From: Gemmatimonadales bacterium
Lineage (GTDB): Bacteria > Gemmatimonadota > Gemmatimonadetes > Gemmatimonadales > GWC2-71-9
DNA length: 64,000 nucleotides
Assembly: GCA_051955835.1 (NCBI GenBank)
Contig: JBQCGH010000030.1
Coordinates: 3,688 to 67,687, forward strand
Reading direction: 5' to 3'
Shown: positions 46,009-55,744 of the stretch, one piece after another
Layout of the letters: the number at the start of each line of letters is the position of its first letter
How positions within the stretch are numbered: the first letter of the stretch is position 1
Made by a program: the position numbers and the translations under genes
Notes under the pieces: generated by a model
What the model saw: only the letters and a program-made list of their open reading frames with translations
Told to the model about the DNA's origin: nothing
Database searches by the model: none

Positions 46009-47080
46009 CGTCTTCCGCCGCCGCCCTGAGCAGGCGCACGAGCGCCTGCTCCCCCGGCTCGAGCTTGGGGGTCGCCGAGTTCGGCGGCCTCCCGTTGCCG
46101 AGCGACTCGTGCAGCGTGCCCGCCTCGTACTGCTCCAGCACGGCGGGATGGATGTAGTACTTTCGGCACACCGCCCGAGTGTTGTTGAGGCGGTTGGCCA
46201 CCTCGTCGATCGCGCGGAGAATCGCCGACTTCGTCTCGCGGCCTGAGGGAGCCGGCCCGGCCGCCTCGAGCGCGGCGACCGCTTGGAGCGTCCCGGCCCA
46301 GGTCCGAAAGTCCTTCGCCGTGAAATCCTCGCCCGTGACCTGCCGCAGATAATCGTTCACGTCCCCCGACCCGATCGCCACCCGGTTGCCGTCATCGTCC
46401 ACGTACTGAAACAACTCGGCGCCGGGCACCGCCTGGCACCGCGCGACGATCCGCGCGAGCCGCCGGTCGCTCAACGCCACCTTGTGGGTTTTCCCGCTCT
46501 TGCCCCGGAACTCGAATCTGAGGGTGGATCCGCTGATCTCGACGTGGTGATCGCGCAGAGTCGTGAGCCCGAATGACCGGTTGCTGCGCGCGTACTCCTC
46601 GTTGCCGACGCGAATCCCGGTACACTCGAGCAGCCGCACGACCGTCGCCAGCACCTTCTCCCGCGGCAGGCCGGGACGCGCGAGGTCCTCCTCCACCTGC
46701 CGTCGGATGGACGGCAACGCTTCGCTGAACGCCAGCATCCGGCCGAATTTGGTCTCGTCCCGCACCTCCCGCCAGCGTGGGTGGTAGCGGTACTGCTTGC
46801 GTCCGCGTGCGTCGCGTCCGGTGGCCTGCAGGTGGCCGTTGGTGACCGGGCAGATCCACACGTCGGTGTAGGCCGGCGGGACGGCGAGCCGGCGGATGCG
46901 GTCGAGTACGCCCTTGTCCTTAACGGTCTTGCCATCGGGTGCCACGTACCGAAAGCCACGTCCCGATCGCAGGCGACGGATGCCGGGCGTCGCATCGCTT
47001 ACGTACCGCAGACCGGCCGCCTGGGCGGACTCGGGCGGGGCAGGGGACGGCGACGGTTTTCGGCGGCTTCGTGGAGACAT
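45926..47080 (-). CDS. bacterial type IB DNA topoisomerase
   Basis: ATG 47080 within ORF 45926..47218 (384 aa). Motifs: GLRYVSDATPGIRR, DARGRKQYRYHPRW, IRVGNEEYARSN, FRGKSGK, TAKDFRTWAGT, and CRKYYIHP (catalytic Tyr region). The 3' 83 nt overlap the convergent cupredoxin gene. Confidence 0.85.
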   Translation of the reverse strand: MSPRSRRKPSPSPAPPESAQAAGLRYVSDATPGIRRLRSGRGFRYVAPDGKTVKDKGVLDRIRRLAVPPAYTDVWICPVTNGHLQATGRDARGRKQYRYHPRWREVRDETKFGRMLAFSEALPSIRRQVEEDLARPGLPREKVLATVVRLLECTGIRVGNEEYARSNRSFGLTTLRDHHVEISGSTLRFEFRGKSGKTHKVALSDRRLARIVARCQAVPGAELFQYVDDDGNRVAIGSGDVNDYLRQVTGEDFTAKDFRTWAGTLQAVAALEAAGPAPSGRETKSAILRAIDEVANRLNNTRAVCRKYYIHPAVLEQYEAGTLHESLGNGRPPNSATPKLEPGEQALVRLLRAAAEDVRGGGIRRLRLHPSRCHRSRRCHLTRP

Positions 47081-47342
47081 GGCGTCCGGGTCGCAGGCGT
47101 TCGCGACTACGTAGTCGGCACGGCGAGAAGATCGCGGGCTCCCGCACGGCCGGCCGTGCGGACCGACACAAAATCTCGCCTCGGACCGCAACCCGGGAGA
47201 CCCGTAAGGTGACGTCAATCACAGGGTTGCATAAAGATTCACCGCTCGGCGGCCTCTACTCCCTCCGGAGGGGCCTCGCTACCTTCGGGGGCGTTCCGGA
47301 CGGCCCAGCGCCGTCCGTTTCGGCCTTCGACAAGGTGCGATC

Positions 47343-48278
47343 GTGATCCTGCGACAGGGGCTGCTCTGGCTGTCCGAGCGGCGGGGTGTGTTCAATTTCG
47401 TCCGCGGCAACGGCCTCGCGCGCCGGTTCGCCTCGCGCTTCGTGGCGGGCGAGAAGATCGAGGACGCCGTCACCGCCGCCCGGGAGCTGAGCCGACGCGG
47501 CATCACCGCGTCCCTCGACCTGCTGGGCGAGAGCGTCACCGCGGCCGCCGAAGCCACCGCGGCGCGCGATCAGTACCTGTGCATGCTCGACCGGATGGCA
47601 GCCAGCGGCACCGAGGTCAACGTTTCGGTGAAGCTCACGCAGATGGGCCTGGACATCTCTGAGGCGCTCTGTGTCGCCAACATGACGGCGATCCTCGAGA
47701 AGGCGGCCGCCCTCCGGGGGTTCGTGCGACTGGACATGGAGGGCTCGGACTACACTCAGCGGACGCTCGAGTTCTTCGAGCGGCGGCTGTTCGACCGCTT
47801 CGGCGAACACTGCGGCGTGGTCATCCAGTCCATGCTTCGCCGATCGGAGCAGGACATCGAGCGGCTGATCGGCCTCAAGGCACGCGTGCGGCTGTGCAAG
47901 GGCGCCTATCTGGAACCGCCGAGCGTCGCCTTCCCCGAAAAGGCCGAGGTGGACCGCAACTACGTGCGGCTGATGGAGCGCCTGCTCCTGGCGGGCAACT
48001 ATCCCGGTCTGGCGACTCACGACGAAGCGATCATTGCCCACGCCCGGGACTTCGTGCGTCGGCACGGCCTCGCGAACGACCGGTTCGAGTTCCAGATGCT
48101 CTACGGCGTGCGGCGCGACCTGCAGGAGCGCCTCCGGCGCGAGGGGCACCGGCTTCGGGTCTATATCCCCTTCGGAACGCAGTGGTATCCTTATCTCATG
48201 CGGCGGCTGGCAGAGCGGCCCGCCAACATCGCGTTTCTGCTCGGCAACCTCGTGCGGGAGTCGCTACCGGGACGATGA
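47343..48278 (+). CDS. monofunctional proline dehydrogenase
   Basis: 311-aa ORF with GTG start. Motifs: ASLDLLGE, VSVKLTQMG, VRLDMEGS, RLCKGAY, ATHD and QMLYGV, which are typical of the PutA-type ProDH barrel. Confidence 0.88.
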   Translation: MILRQGLLWLSERRGVFNFVRGNGLARRFASRFVAGEKIEDAVTAARELSRRGITASLDLLGESVTAAAEATAARDQYLCMLDRMAASGTEVNVSVKLTQMGLDISEALCVANMTAILEKAAALRGFVRLDMEGSDYTQRTLEFFERRLFDRFGEHCGVVIQSMLRRSEQDIERLIGLKARVRLCKGAYLEPPSVAFPEKAEVDRNYVRLMERLLLAGNYPGLATHDEAIIAHARDFVRRHGLANDRFEFQMLYGVRRDLQERLRREGHRLRVYIPFGTQWYPYLMRRLAERPANIAFLLGNLVRESLPGR

Positions 48279-48589
48279 GCGAGCTGACGTTGGGCGGCTA
48301 CATGGCCAAGCACGAGCGCGCCGCGGCGTTCGGCGGGAGCGACGGCCGCGCCTACTCGGTCGCGGTGTACGTGGACCCCGAGCCCGACGTGCGCGGACTC
48401 TACGGCGCGGCCCTGCTGTTCGTCCGCTGGTCGCCGGCCGGCGACCGCCCGGAAGGACACGTCGAGACCCAGACGCTCGGCTGGGGTCGCACCGAGGCGG
48501 AGGCTGCGGCCAGGCTCGAGGCGCTGTCGTTGTACGACGTGAAAGCCGCGCTGGACGAAGCGATCGCGCGCGCGCCCGCGGAGTGGTGA
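48275..48589 (+). CDS. hypothetical protein (104 aa), translationally coupled on both sides
   Basis: ATG 48275 overlaps the ProDH stop (ATGA), and its stop overlaps the rsgA GTG (GTGA). The third codon position is GC-rich. I recognise no family. Confidence 0.55.
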   Translation: MSELTLGGYMAKHERAAAFGGSDGRAYSVAVYVDPEPDVRGLYGAALLFVRWSPAGDRPEGHVETQTLGWGRTEAEAAARLEALSLYDVKAALDEAIARAPAEW

Positions 48590-49491
48590 CCGCGCGCCTC
48601 GGCACCGTGCTGGAGCGGGACGGGTCCGTGTACCGCGTGGCCACTGGCGAGGGAGAGATTCGCGCGGTGCTCGCCGGGAAGGCTAAGCGCGATACGGCTC
48701 GGGTCGTGGTTGGCGACCGCGTGCGACTCGAGCCCGACGCCGACTCGCGGCTCCATGCCATCGTCGGGGTCGAGCCCAGAACGGCACTGCTCGAGCGCCG
48801 CGTCCCCGAAGGCCGCGGTACCCGTCCGGTCGCCGCCAATGTCGACCAGGTCTTCGTTGTCACTGCCACGCGCGATCCCGCGCCGATCTCCCAGCTCATC
48901 GACCGCCTGCTGGTCGTCGCCGAGGCGAACGAGATCCCGGCGGCGGTGGTCGTCAACAAGATCGATCTCGACCCCGGGGTCGAGCTGGCCGACCGCTGTC
49001 GGCGGGCGGGGTACACCGTGTATGCCACCAGCAGTCGCACCGGCGACGGCATCGACGCGTTCGCGTCGGCGCTGGCCGGCCACGTGTCGGTCGTGACCGG
49101 TCCATCGGGAGCCGGCAAGTCGAGCCTGTTGAACCGGGTGCAGCCCGGCCTCGCGCTCCGGACCGGCGAGATCAGCCCCAAGGTGCGCCGCGGCCGCAAC
49201 ACCACGGTCTCGGCGGTCATGCTGCCGCTCGAGGCCGGCGGCTATCTGGTGGATACACCCGGGTTCAGCGAGGTGGGGCTCTGGGGCATCGATCCAGGCG
49301 AGTTGGACACCTGCTTTCCGGAGTTCCGGCCGTTCCTGAACGATTGCCGCTACGCCGATTGCCGGCACCGCACCGAGCCCGGCTGCCGGGTCCGTGAGGG
49401 GGTCGAGGGCGGGGCCATCGCCCGGGACCGGTGGGAGAGTTACCTCGTGCTGCTGTCGGAACTGGAGAGCGCACCGGAGGAGTGGGAGTAA
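48586..49491 (+). CDS. rsgA: ribosome small-subunit-dependent GTPase A
   Basis: GTG 48586 (or 48583) within ORF 48034..49491. It has an OB-fold N-terminus. G4 (VVNKIDL) precedes the P-loop (GPSGAGKSSLLN), which is the circular permutation. Zinc knuckle: CRYADCRHRTEPGC. Confidence 0.9.
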   Translation: MTARLGTVLERDGSVYRVATGEGEIRAVLAGKAKRDTARVVVGDRVRLEPDADSRLHAIVGVEPRTALLERRVPEGRGTRPVAANVDQVFVVTATRDPAPISQLIDRLLVVAEANEIPAAVVVNKIDLDPGVELADRCRRAGYTVYATSSRTGDGIDAFASALAGHVSVVTGPSGAGKSSLLNRVQPGLALRTGEISPKVRRGRNTTVSAVMLPLEAGGYLVDTPGFSEVGLWGIDPGELDTCFPEFRPFLNDCRYADCRHRTEPGCRVREGVEGGAIARDRWESYLVLLSELESAPEEWE

Positions 49492-49568
49492 GCGCTTGGT
49501 CCCGATCGTCCGGCGCCGAACGGACGGTCGACCGGTGTTAGGAGGTCACCCGACGAGCCTCGATGCCT

Positions 49569-49916
49569 TCACTGACCATCCGACCGTGCTGCCGTGCGAC
49601 CGTCTTTTCGCGTCCACCGATCGCGATCCCGCGTCTCCACCTTCGCCATCATTCGATCGAACGCCGCCTGAAGATCGATCCCTTCCCGGTTGGCCATGCA
49701 GATGATGACGAAGAGAATGTCGGCCATTTCCATGGCCAGGTCACCCTCGACCTCGCCCGGCTTCTTGGTCTTCTGGCCGAACCGATGGTTCATTTCGCGG
49801 GCCAGCTCGCCCACCTCCTCGGCGAGCCGGGCGATGTTCGTCAGTGGGTGGAAGTACCCCTCCTCGAACTGGCCCACCCACGCATCCACTCGCCGCTGCT
49901 CGTCGGCAATGGACAT
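49569..49916 (-). CDS. MazG-like nucleotide pyrophosphohydrolase
   Basis: 115-aa ORF with the EEVGELARE ... EMADILFVIICMAN motif pair (EExxE / ExxD). Confidence 0.85.
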   Translation of the reverse strand: MSIADEQRRVDAWVGQFEEGYFHPLTNIARLAEEVGELAREMNHRFGQKTKKPGEVEGDLAMEMADILFVIICMANREGIDLQAAFDRMMAKVETRDRDRWTRKDGRTAARSDGQ

Positions 49917-49917
49917 G

Positions 49918-50484
49918 TCAGCGGCGCCCCGCGGCCGCGGTTTCGCCCGCGTTGGCCTCCGCTGCGCGGGCGGCGAGCGCCCGGATCAGCGCGCGCATGA
50001 ACTGCGGGAGGTCGGCGGGGGTGCGGCTCGAGATCAGGTTGCCGTCCACCACGACCGGACTGTCCTCCCACAGGAGACCGGCGTTGACCAGGTCGTCCTT
50101 GATGGCGCCCACGCTGGTGCCGCGCTTGCCCCGCACGATGCCGGCGGAGATCGGCACCCAGCCGGCGTGGCAGATGAATGCGACGGGCTTGTCGGCCTCG
50201 TAGATCTCGCGGGTGAGTTGCAGCAGCTTCTTCGACCGGCGCATGATATCGGGCGCATAGCCGCCCGGGATGACCAGGCCGTCGAACTCGTCGGCGCGAA
50301 GATCGTCGACGTTGGCGTCGACCGTGAGCGGGTAGCCTCGCTTGCCCTGGTAGGTGCGCTCGCCGGTGCCGGCGACGACCGTGCGCGCGCCTTCCTCTTC
50401 CAGGCGGATCTTGGGATACCACAGCTCGAGGTCTTCGTAGAGGGGGCCGGCGAAGAGGAGAACCTTGGTTCCGTGCAGCGTCAT
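49918..50484 (-). CDS. DJ-1/PfpI-family protein (class I glutamine amidotransferase-like)
   Basis: ATG 50484 within ORF 49918..51312 (188 aa). Motifs: DGLVIPGGYAP, and the nucleophile elbow AFICHAGW. It ends 1 nt before the MazG start. Confidence 0.88.
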   Translation of the reverse strand: MTLHGTKVLLFAGPLYEDLELWYPKIRLEEEGARTVVAGTGERTYQGKRGYPLTVDANVDDLRADEFDGLVIPGGYAPDIMRRSKKLLQLTREIYEADKPVAFICHAGWVPISAGIVRGKRGTSVGAIKDDLVNAGLLWEDSPVVVDGNLISSRTPADLPQFMRALIRALAARAAEANAGETAAAGRR

Positions 50485-50691
50485 GGCGGGCTCGGCGCAA
50501 AAAGACGAAGGCCGGCGCGGGGCGCACCGGCCGCGTCCGCTAAGTATAGCCCGAAGGCTTCGGTCGCTCGACCAGGTACCCGTAGAGGGTTCCCGAGCCG
50601 GTGCAGGAAGCCGACATCGTAGGTGACCGCGCCGCCTGCGTGCCTCCCGGGTCCCGGGCCGGGCTATACTTGACGCGACCTCGGAGACACC

Positions 50692-50934
50692 ATGCGCGCC
50701 CGCGAACGCATCCTCGCCAATCTGGAGTCGATCTATCGGGAGTCCTACGACCGCGCCAAAGCCGCGGGCGATGACAACCGCATGATCGACCTCGACAGCG
50801 CGTACATGCGCGACCAGCTCATGCTCGAGATCCTGCTCGACATCCGCGACCTGTTCTCGGTGGCCCCGGCGGCATCGGGCGCCAGCGCACTTGAGAAGCT
50901 CGAGGCGGTACGTCGGCTCACTAAGCTCCGGTGA
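50692..50934 (+). CDS. hypothetical small protein (80 aa)
   Basis: ATG is preceded by GGAGA. The third codon position is GC-rich, and the predicted product is helical and charged. No family recognised; it could be non-coding. Confidence 0.45.
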   Translation: MRARERILANLESIYRESYDRAKAAGDDNRMIDLDSAYMRDQLMLEILLDIRDLFSVAPAASGASALEKLEAVRRLTKLR

Positions 50935-51205
50935 TGTGCAAGGTCGGCCCGCGTCTCGAAGCCTGTGCGCTGCTCCCCTGGTGACCTCGGTCCGGGCCAC
51001 CGTGGTTGGCCGGGCGCATCGTATATCACGCGAAATCGCGCGAAACTGGGTCAGACCAACCTGGATCCGCTCCACGCCGTCGCAAGGCTGGAGAATCAGC
51101 GGACCGCGTTGATCGCCCTGAGCAGCGGAACTCGCTAGGACCGAGCTCGCGGGGCTATCTTTCGCGGAGATCCGACCGGCGATCGCACCTTCTCCCCCGA
51201 GTCCG

Positions 51206-53332
51206 ATGGCCACACGAACTTCCCCCCGACCCCGTGCCGCCGCCAAGCTCGAGAAGGCGGACCTGCTCGAGATGTACCGTCTCATGCTGCTGGCGCGGCG
51301 GATCGACGACAAGGAAATTCAGCTCAAGCGGCAGAACAAGATCTTCTTCCAGATCTCCGGAGCGGGGCACGAGGCCGTGCTGGTGGCCGCCGCCAAGGTG
51401 TTTCGTCCGGCGTATGACTGGTTCTACACCTACTACCGCGACCGGGCCCTCTGCCTCGGCCTGGGGATGACGGCGACCGAGCAGCTGCTCTCCGCGGTGG
51501 GCGCGGCCGACGATCCCAATTCCGGGGGCCGCCAGATGCCCTCTCACTGGGGGCAGAAAGCGCTCAACATCGTGAGCGCGTCCAGTCCGACGGGCACGCA
51601 GTTCCTGCAGGCCGTGGGCTGCGCCGAAGCGTGGCTGCGGTACAGCAGCATCGAAGGCATCGCTGATCGGGAGGAGCAGATCCACGGCGACGAGGTCGTG
51701 CTGTGCACCACTGGCGACGGCACCACCAGCGAAGGCGAGTTCTGGGAAGCGCTCAACACCGCCACGAACCTCAAGCTCCCGGTCGTCTTCCTGGTCGAGG
51801 ACAACGGCTACGCCATCTCGGTGCCGGTCGAGATCAACACCCCCGGCGGCTCAGTATCGCGGCTGCTTACCGGGTTCCCCGGCCTGTTCATCCAGGAAGT
51901 CGACGGGTGCGATGTCTTGGCGTCGTACGATACCATGGTGAAGGCGGTGGACTACGCGCGCGCCCGCAAGGGACCGGCGCTGGTGCATGCCAAGGTCATC
52001 CGCCCGTACAGCCACTCGCTCTCCGATGACGAGGTGCAGTACCGCCCGCCGGCCGAGCGCCAGGCCGATGCCGAGCGCGACCCGCTGAACCGGCTGCCGA
52101 AGTACCTCCTGGACGAAGGCATTGCGACCCAGGCGGAGCTCGATCGGATCGCCCAGGAGGTCGCCGACGAGGTGCAGCGCGCGGCCGATACGGCCCTCGC
52201 TTCGCCCCAGCCGGCAACCGATACCGTCTTCCGCTACGTCTACTCGCCCGATGTCGACCCGACCTCCGAGCAGTTCGATACCGAGGACGATCCGCGCTTC
52301 ACCGGAGATCCCACCACCATGGTGGATCTGCTCAACGTCTGCCTCCGGGACGAGATGGCGCGCGACCCGCGCATCGTCGTGTTCGGCGAGGACGTGGCCG
52401 ACTGCAGCCGGGAAGGCAATCTGCCGGACGTGAAGGGCAAGGGTGGTGTTTTCAAGGTGACATGGGGCCTACAGCGTGCGTTTGGCAGCGCCCGGGTGTA
52501 CAACTCCCCGCTGGCCGAGGCCAACATCATCGGCCGGGCCATCGGACTGGCCACGCGCGGGCTCAAGCCGGTGGTGGAGGTTCAGTTCTTCGACTACATC
52601 TGGCCCGCCTACATGCAGCTCCGGAACGAGCTCGCGCTTATGCGCTGGCGCTCCAACAACGCCTTCTCCGCCCCCGTGGTCGTGCGTGTCACCTACGGCG
52701 GCTACCTCAAGGGTGGCTCGGTCTACCACTCGCAGACGGGAGCCGCGGTGTTCACCGGCATCCCCGGTCTCCGGGTGGTCTGTCCGGCAACCGCGCTCGA
52801 TGCGAATGGCCTCCTGCGCACCGCCATCCGCGCCGACGACCCGGTGCTCTTCCTCGAGCACAAGCATCTCTATCGCCAGACCTACAACAAGGCGCCGAAT
52901 CCCGGGCCGAACTTCATGATTCCGCTCGGCAAGGCCAAGGTGGTCCGGCCGGGCACCGACCTGACCGTCATCACCTACGGGGCACTGGTGCAGCGCGCCC
53001 TCTGGGCCGCCAAGCAGGCGGAGGAGCGGCACGGGCTCAGCGCCGAGGTGGTCGATCTGCGGTCACTCTCGCCGGTGGACTGGGAGACGATCGGAAATTC
53101 GGTGCGGAAGACCAATCGGGTGATCGTGGCCTACGAGGACTCGCTCTCCTGGGGGTACGGTGCGGAAATCGCGGCCCGCATCGCCGATGAGATGTTCAGC
53201 CATCTCGACGCGCCGGTACGCCGGGTCGCCTCGACCGACACCTTCGTGGCCTACGCACCCGAGCTTGAGGACGTCATCCTGCCTCAGGTGGACGATCTCG
53301 AGGAAGCGATGATCGACATCGCGAAGTTCTGA
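51206..53332 (+). CDS. fused 2-oxoacid dehydrogenase E1 component (alpha + beta subunits in one polypeptide)
   Basis: 708-aa ORF. Alpha part: [23 protein letters not shown] (TPP-binding). Beta part: [31 protein letters not shown] and [10 protein letters not shown]. Confidence 0.9.
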   Translation: MATRTSPRPRAAAKLEKADLLEMYRLMLLARRIDDKEIQLKRQNKIFFQISGAGHEAVLVAAAKVFRPAYDWFYTYYRDRALCLGLGMTATEQLLSAVGAADDPNSGGRQMPSHWGQKALNIVSASSPTGTQFLQAVGCAEAWLRYSSIEGIADREEQIHGDEVVLCTTGDGTTSEGEFWEALNTATNLKLPVVFLVEDNGYAISVPVEINTPGGSVSRLLTGFPGLFIQEVDGCDVLASYDTMVKAVDYARARKGPALVHAKVIRPYSHSLSDDEVQYRPPAERQADAERDPLNRLPKYLLDEGIATQAELDRIAQEVADEVQRAADTALASPQPATDTVFRYVYSPDVDPTSEQFDTEDDPRFTGDPTTMVDLLNVCLRDEMARDPRIVVFGEDVADCSREGNLPDVKGKGGVFKVTWGLQRAFGSARVYNSPLAEANIIGRAIGLATRGLKPVVEVQFFDYIWPAYMQLRNELALMRWRSNNAFSAPVVVRVTYGGYLKGGSVYHSQTGAAVFTGIPGLRVVCPATALDANGLLRTAIRADDPVLFLEHKHLYRQTYNKAPNPGPNFMIPLGKAKVVRPGTDLTVITYGALVQRALWAAKQAEERHGLSAEVVDLRSLSPVDWETIGNSVRKTNRVIVAYEDSLSWGYGAEIAARIADEMFSHLDAPVRRVASTDTFVAYAPELEDVILPQVDDLEEAMIDIAKF

Positions 53333-53381
53333 GGCGTTGGAGGAAGAATCCTGGGCAACCGCAACAAGCGCGTGGTGCAGG

Positions 53382-55301
53382 CTAGGGACGCATGGCCTCG
53401 CGGATTTCGCCGGCCGCGGCGATGGCATTGTCCACGTCTCGGGAAAGCGCCTTGGCCTGCTGGGTGGCCTGGGTCAGATCACCGAGAACGGCTGCGACCC
53501 CGGCCGACCGCAGGCGCAGCAGGTCAAACCGCACGTTCTGCATCGCCAGAACGCAGGACTCCAAATGGCCGGCCACCTGGCCGCGGCGGCTCTGGATGTC
53601 GACGATGGCCTGACGCTGGCGCCCCAGCAGGTTCAGTCGGCGCGCGCGCTCGGGGTCGTCCGGCTCGCGGTTCAGCGCGGCCAGGCGCTCGTCGATCTGC
53701 ACCAGCTCCTCGGTGTTCATGCTGCTGTCGAGCGCGTGCAGCGTCCGGGCGAGATCCGTCGCGCGCTCGTAGAGTGCGTCCACGGTCTGCTGAACTTCGG
53801 GCAGCATCTTCCGTTCGGAGGCCGGCAGCCGTTCGAGCAGCTTGAGGATCGCCTGCCGGTCCCCCTGGACCTGCTGGATCGAGCCCAGGTGAACCCCGAA
53901 CTCCTCGGGTCTGGGAGGGGGGAGCTGCCGCCCGAGCCGCGCCGAGCCCTTTACCATCGTGGTCTCGATGGCGTCGGGCGCCGGTGGGCGGGTCAGCACG
54001 TCTCGCCAGCTGTAACCCGACTGCCAGAGCTGGGAGTATCCGCGGAACACCCCGATGCCCATGCCGAACATGGGAAAGAGGAACCAGGGATCGTGGATCC
54101 CGGTCGCGATGTTGATGCCCAGACATCCCAGGCTGACTGCGGCCCAGCTCGCGAACTGTCCGCGTACCCGCTGCACGATCTTCGGTTCGCCGGTGTCCGG
54201 CACGAGGTCTTTGTCGCGGTCGCGACCGCGCCGATTGCCCAGATCGCGCCGGCGGGCGGCATCGCCGCGTGTCGCCACCGGCGGCACTGGGCGTTGGCCG
54301 GGAATCGGTCGGGCCCCGAAATCGCGCCGGTCGGCCGTGCCCCCGGCGGGTCGGGCGCGACTGCCGGTTAGCGATCGTGGGGAGGGGACAGCGCTGGGTT
54401 GCTGCCCTCTGAAGGTCGTTCCGGTCGGCCGGTATCCGCTAACCGACCGGCTCTCGAGCGAGCGGCGCAGAGCATCGGCACTCGGCCAGCGATTTTCGGG
54501 GTCCTTCTCCAGACACCGGCTCACAGCCAGCGCGAGGTCTTCGGGCACATCCGGGCGGCGGCCCCGCAGGTCGGGGGCCGGCTCGGTGATCTGCTTCATG
54601 AGGATGCCGGCAACCGTGGGCGCGTTGAACGGAAGCTCGCCGGTGAGCATCTGATAACTCACCACGCCCAGGCTGTAGACATCCGACCTTCCATCGATGT
54701 CCCGCTCGCCGGCGGCCTGTTCCGGGCTCATGAACGCCGGGGTTCCGATGGCCACCCCAGCCCCGGTGAGCGTGGCGCCCGAGGTGGAGGAGAGGGCCTT
54801 GGCGATCCCGAAATCGGTCACCATCACCCGGCCCCGGGGACCCTCGAGCAGAATGTTGTCGGGCTTGATGTCGCGGTGAATGATGGACAGGGCATGGGCG
54901 GCGCTGAGCGCGTCCGCCGCCTCCATCATGATGCGACGCGCCTCATCGACCGGCAGTTTGCCACGGCGTCGGATGCGGGCGGCCACCGACTCGCCGTCCA
55001 CATAGCCCATGACGAAGTAGACCAGGCCCTGGCCCTCGCCGACCGTATGGATCGGGACGATGTTGGGGTGGGAAAGTCGGGCCGCCGTCTGGGCTTCACG
55101 AGTGAAGCGCTCGCGGATGTCGCGCTGGAAGGCCAGTTCGGGGGGCAGCACCTTGATCGCGACCCGCCGCTGGAGACGTTCATCGCGGGCCCGGTACACC
55201 ACGCCCATGCCCCCGCGGCCGATCTCCCCCTCGATGGTATACGCGTCGCCCAGCGCATCGGCCAAGCGCGCCGCCAGGGGCTTATCGGCCGAGTCGGTCA
55301 T
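53382..55301 (-). CDS. Ser/Thr protein kinase with C-terminal membrane hairpin and coiled-coil region
   Basis: ATG 55301 within ORF 53382..55460 (639 aa). Kinase motifs: GRGGMGVVYRA, VAIKVL, HRDIKPDNILL, DFG, GTPAFMSPEQ. Two hydrophobic segments follow: WAAVSLGCLGINIATGI and WFLFPMFGMGIGVF. The C-terminus is long and helical. Confidence 0.88.
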   Translation of the reverse strand: MTDSADKPLAARLADALGDAYTIEGEIGRGGMGVVYRARDERLQRRVAIKVLPPELAFQRDIRERFTREAQTAARLSHPNIVPIHTVGEGQGLVYFVMGYVDGESVAARIRRRGKLPVDEARRIMMEAADALSAAHALSIIHRDIKPDNILLEGPRGRVMVTDFGIAKALSSTSGATLTGAGVAIGTPAFMSPEQAAGERDIDGRSDVYSLGVVSYQMLTGELPFNAPTVAGILMKQITEPAPDLRGRRPDVPEDLALAVSRCLEKDPENRWPSADALRRSLESRSVSGYRPTGTTFRGQQPSAVPSPRSLTGSRARPAGGTADRRDFGARPIPGQRPVPPVATRGDAARRRDLGNRRGRDRDKDLVPDTGEPKIVQRVRGQFASWAAVSLGCLGINIATGIHDPWFLFPMFGMGIGVFRGYSQLWQSGYSWRDVLTRPPAPDAIETTMVKGSARLGRQLPPPRPEEFGVHLGSIQQVQGDRQAILKLLERLPASERKMLPEVQQTVDALYERATDLARTLHALDSSMNTEELVQIDERLAALNREPDDPERARRLNLLGRQRQAIVDIQSRRGQVAGHLESCVLAMQNVRFDLLRLRSAGVAAVLGDLTQATQQAKALSRDVDNAIAAAGEIREAMRP

Positions 55302-55744
55302 GGTCGGGGCGGTTCGGAGAGTCCCCCGATGCGCAGCGGGGAGTGGTACGCGAAGTGTTGGAACCGCTGAACATGGCACCCAATCTGTACCCGCGCACGG
55401 CCAGCGGCAACTGAACTGACCCCCGCTGCGGCGCCTCTCTGTCTCACGTCGTTCCGTCATAGGCCCCTGCCCGGCGGCCAGCCGAGCTGGTTGTCGACTG
55501 CTCTAAATCGGGCATCAGTGGCTCCACGGTGATGCGCCGCCGTCAAATTGGCAGCGGGAGCCGGTGCCCTGTCGGCAGCCTCTGCCGCACCGGCGCGGGC
55601 CGGAAACCGGCTGGACCCCTAAGTTGTTTGGTAGTACGGTCCGGAGAACATGGAAGGTGGTGGCACGCTCAGTGCGTTTCCCGCCGCGATCACGCTGGAC
55701 CGTAGTTTCCTCGATTCACGAGGTTTGGAAGGAGTAGTCTCTAC

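Noticed and set aside
55530-55560. Sigma-54-like TGGCA element upstream of lon (ATTGGCAGCGGGAGCCGG).
   Set aside because: The -12 TTGC element is missing at the required spacing. A single TGGCA pentamer is expected by chance.
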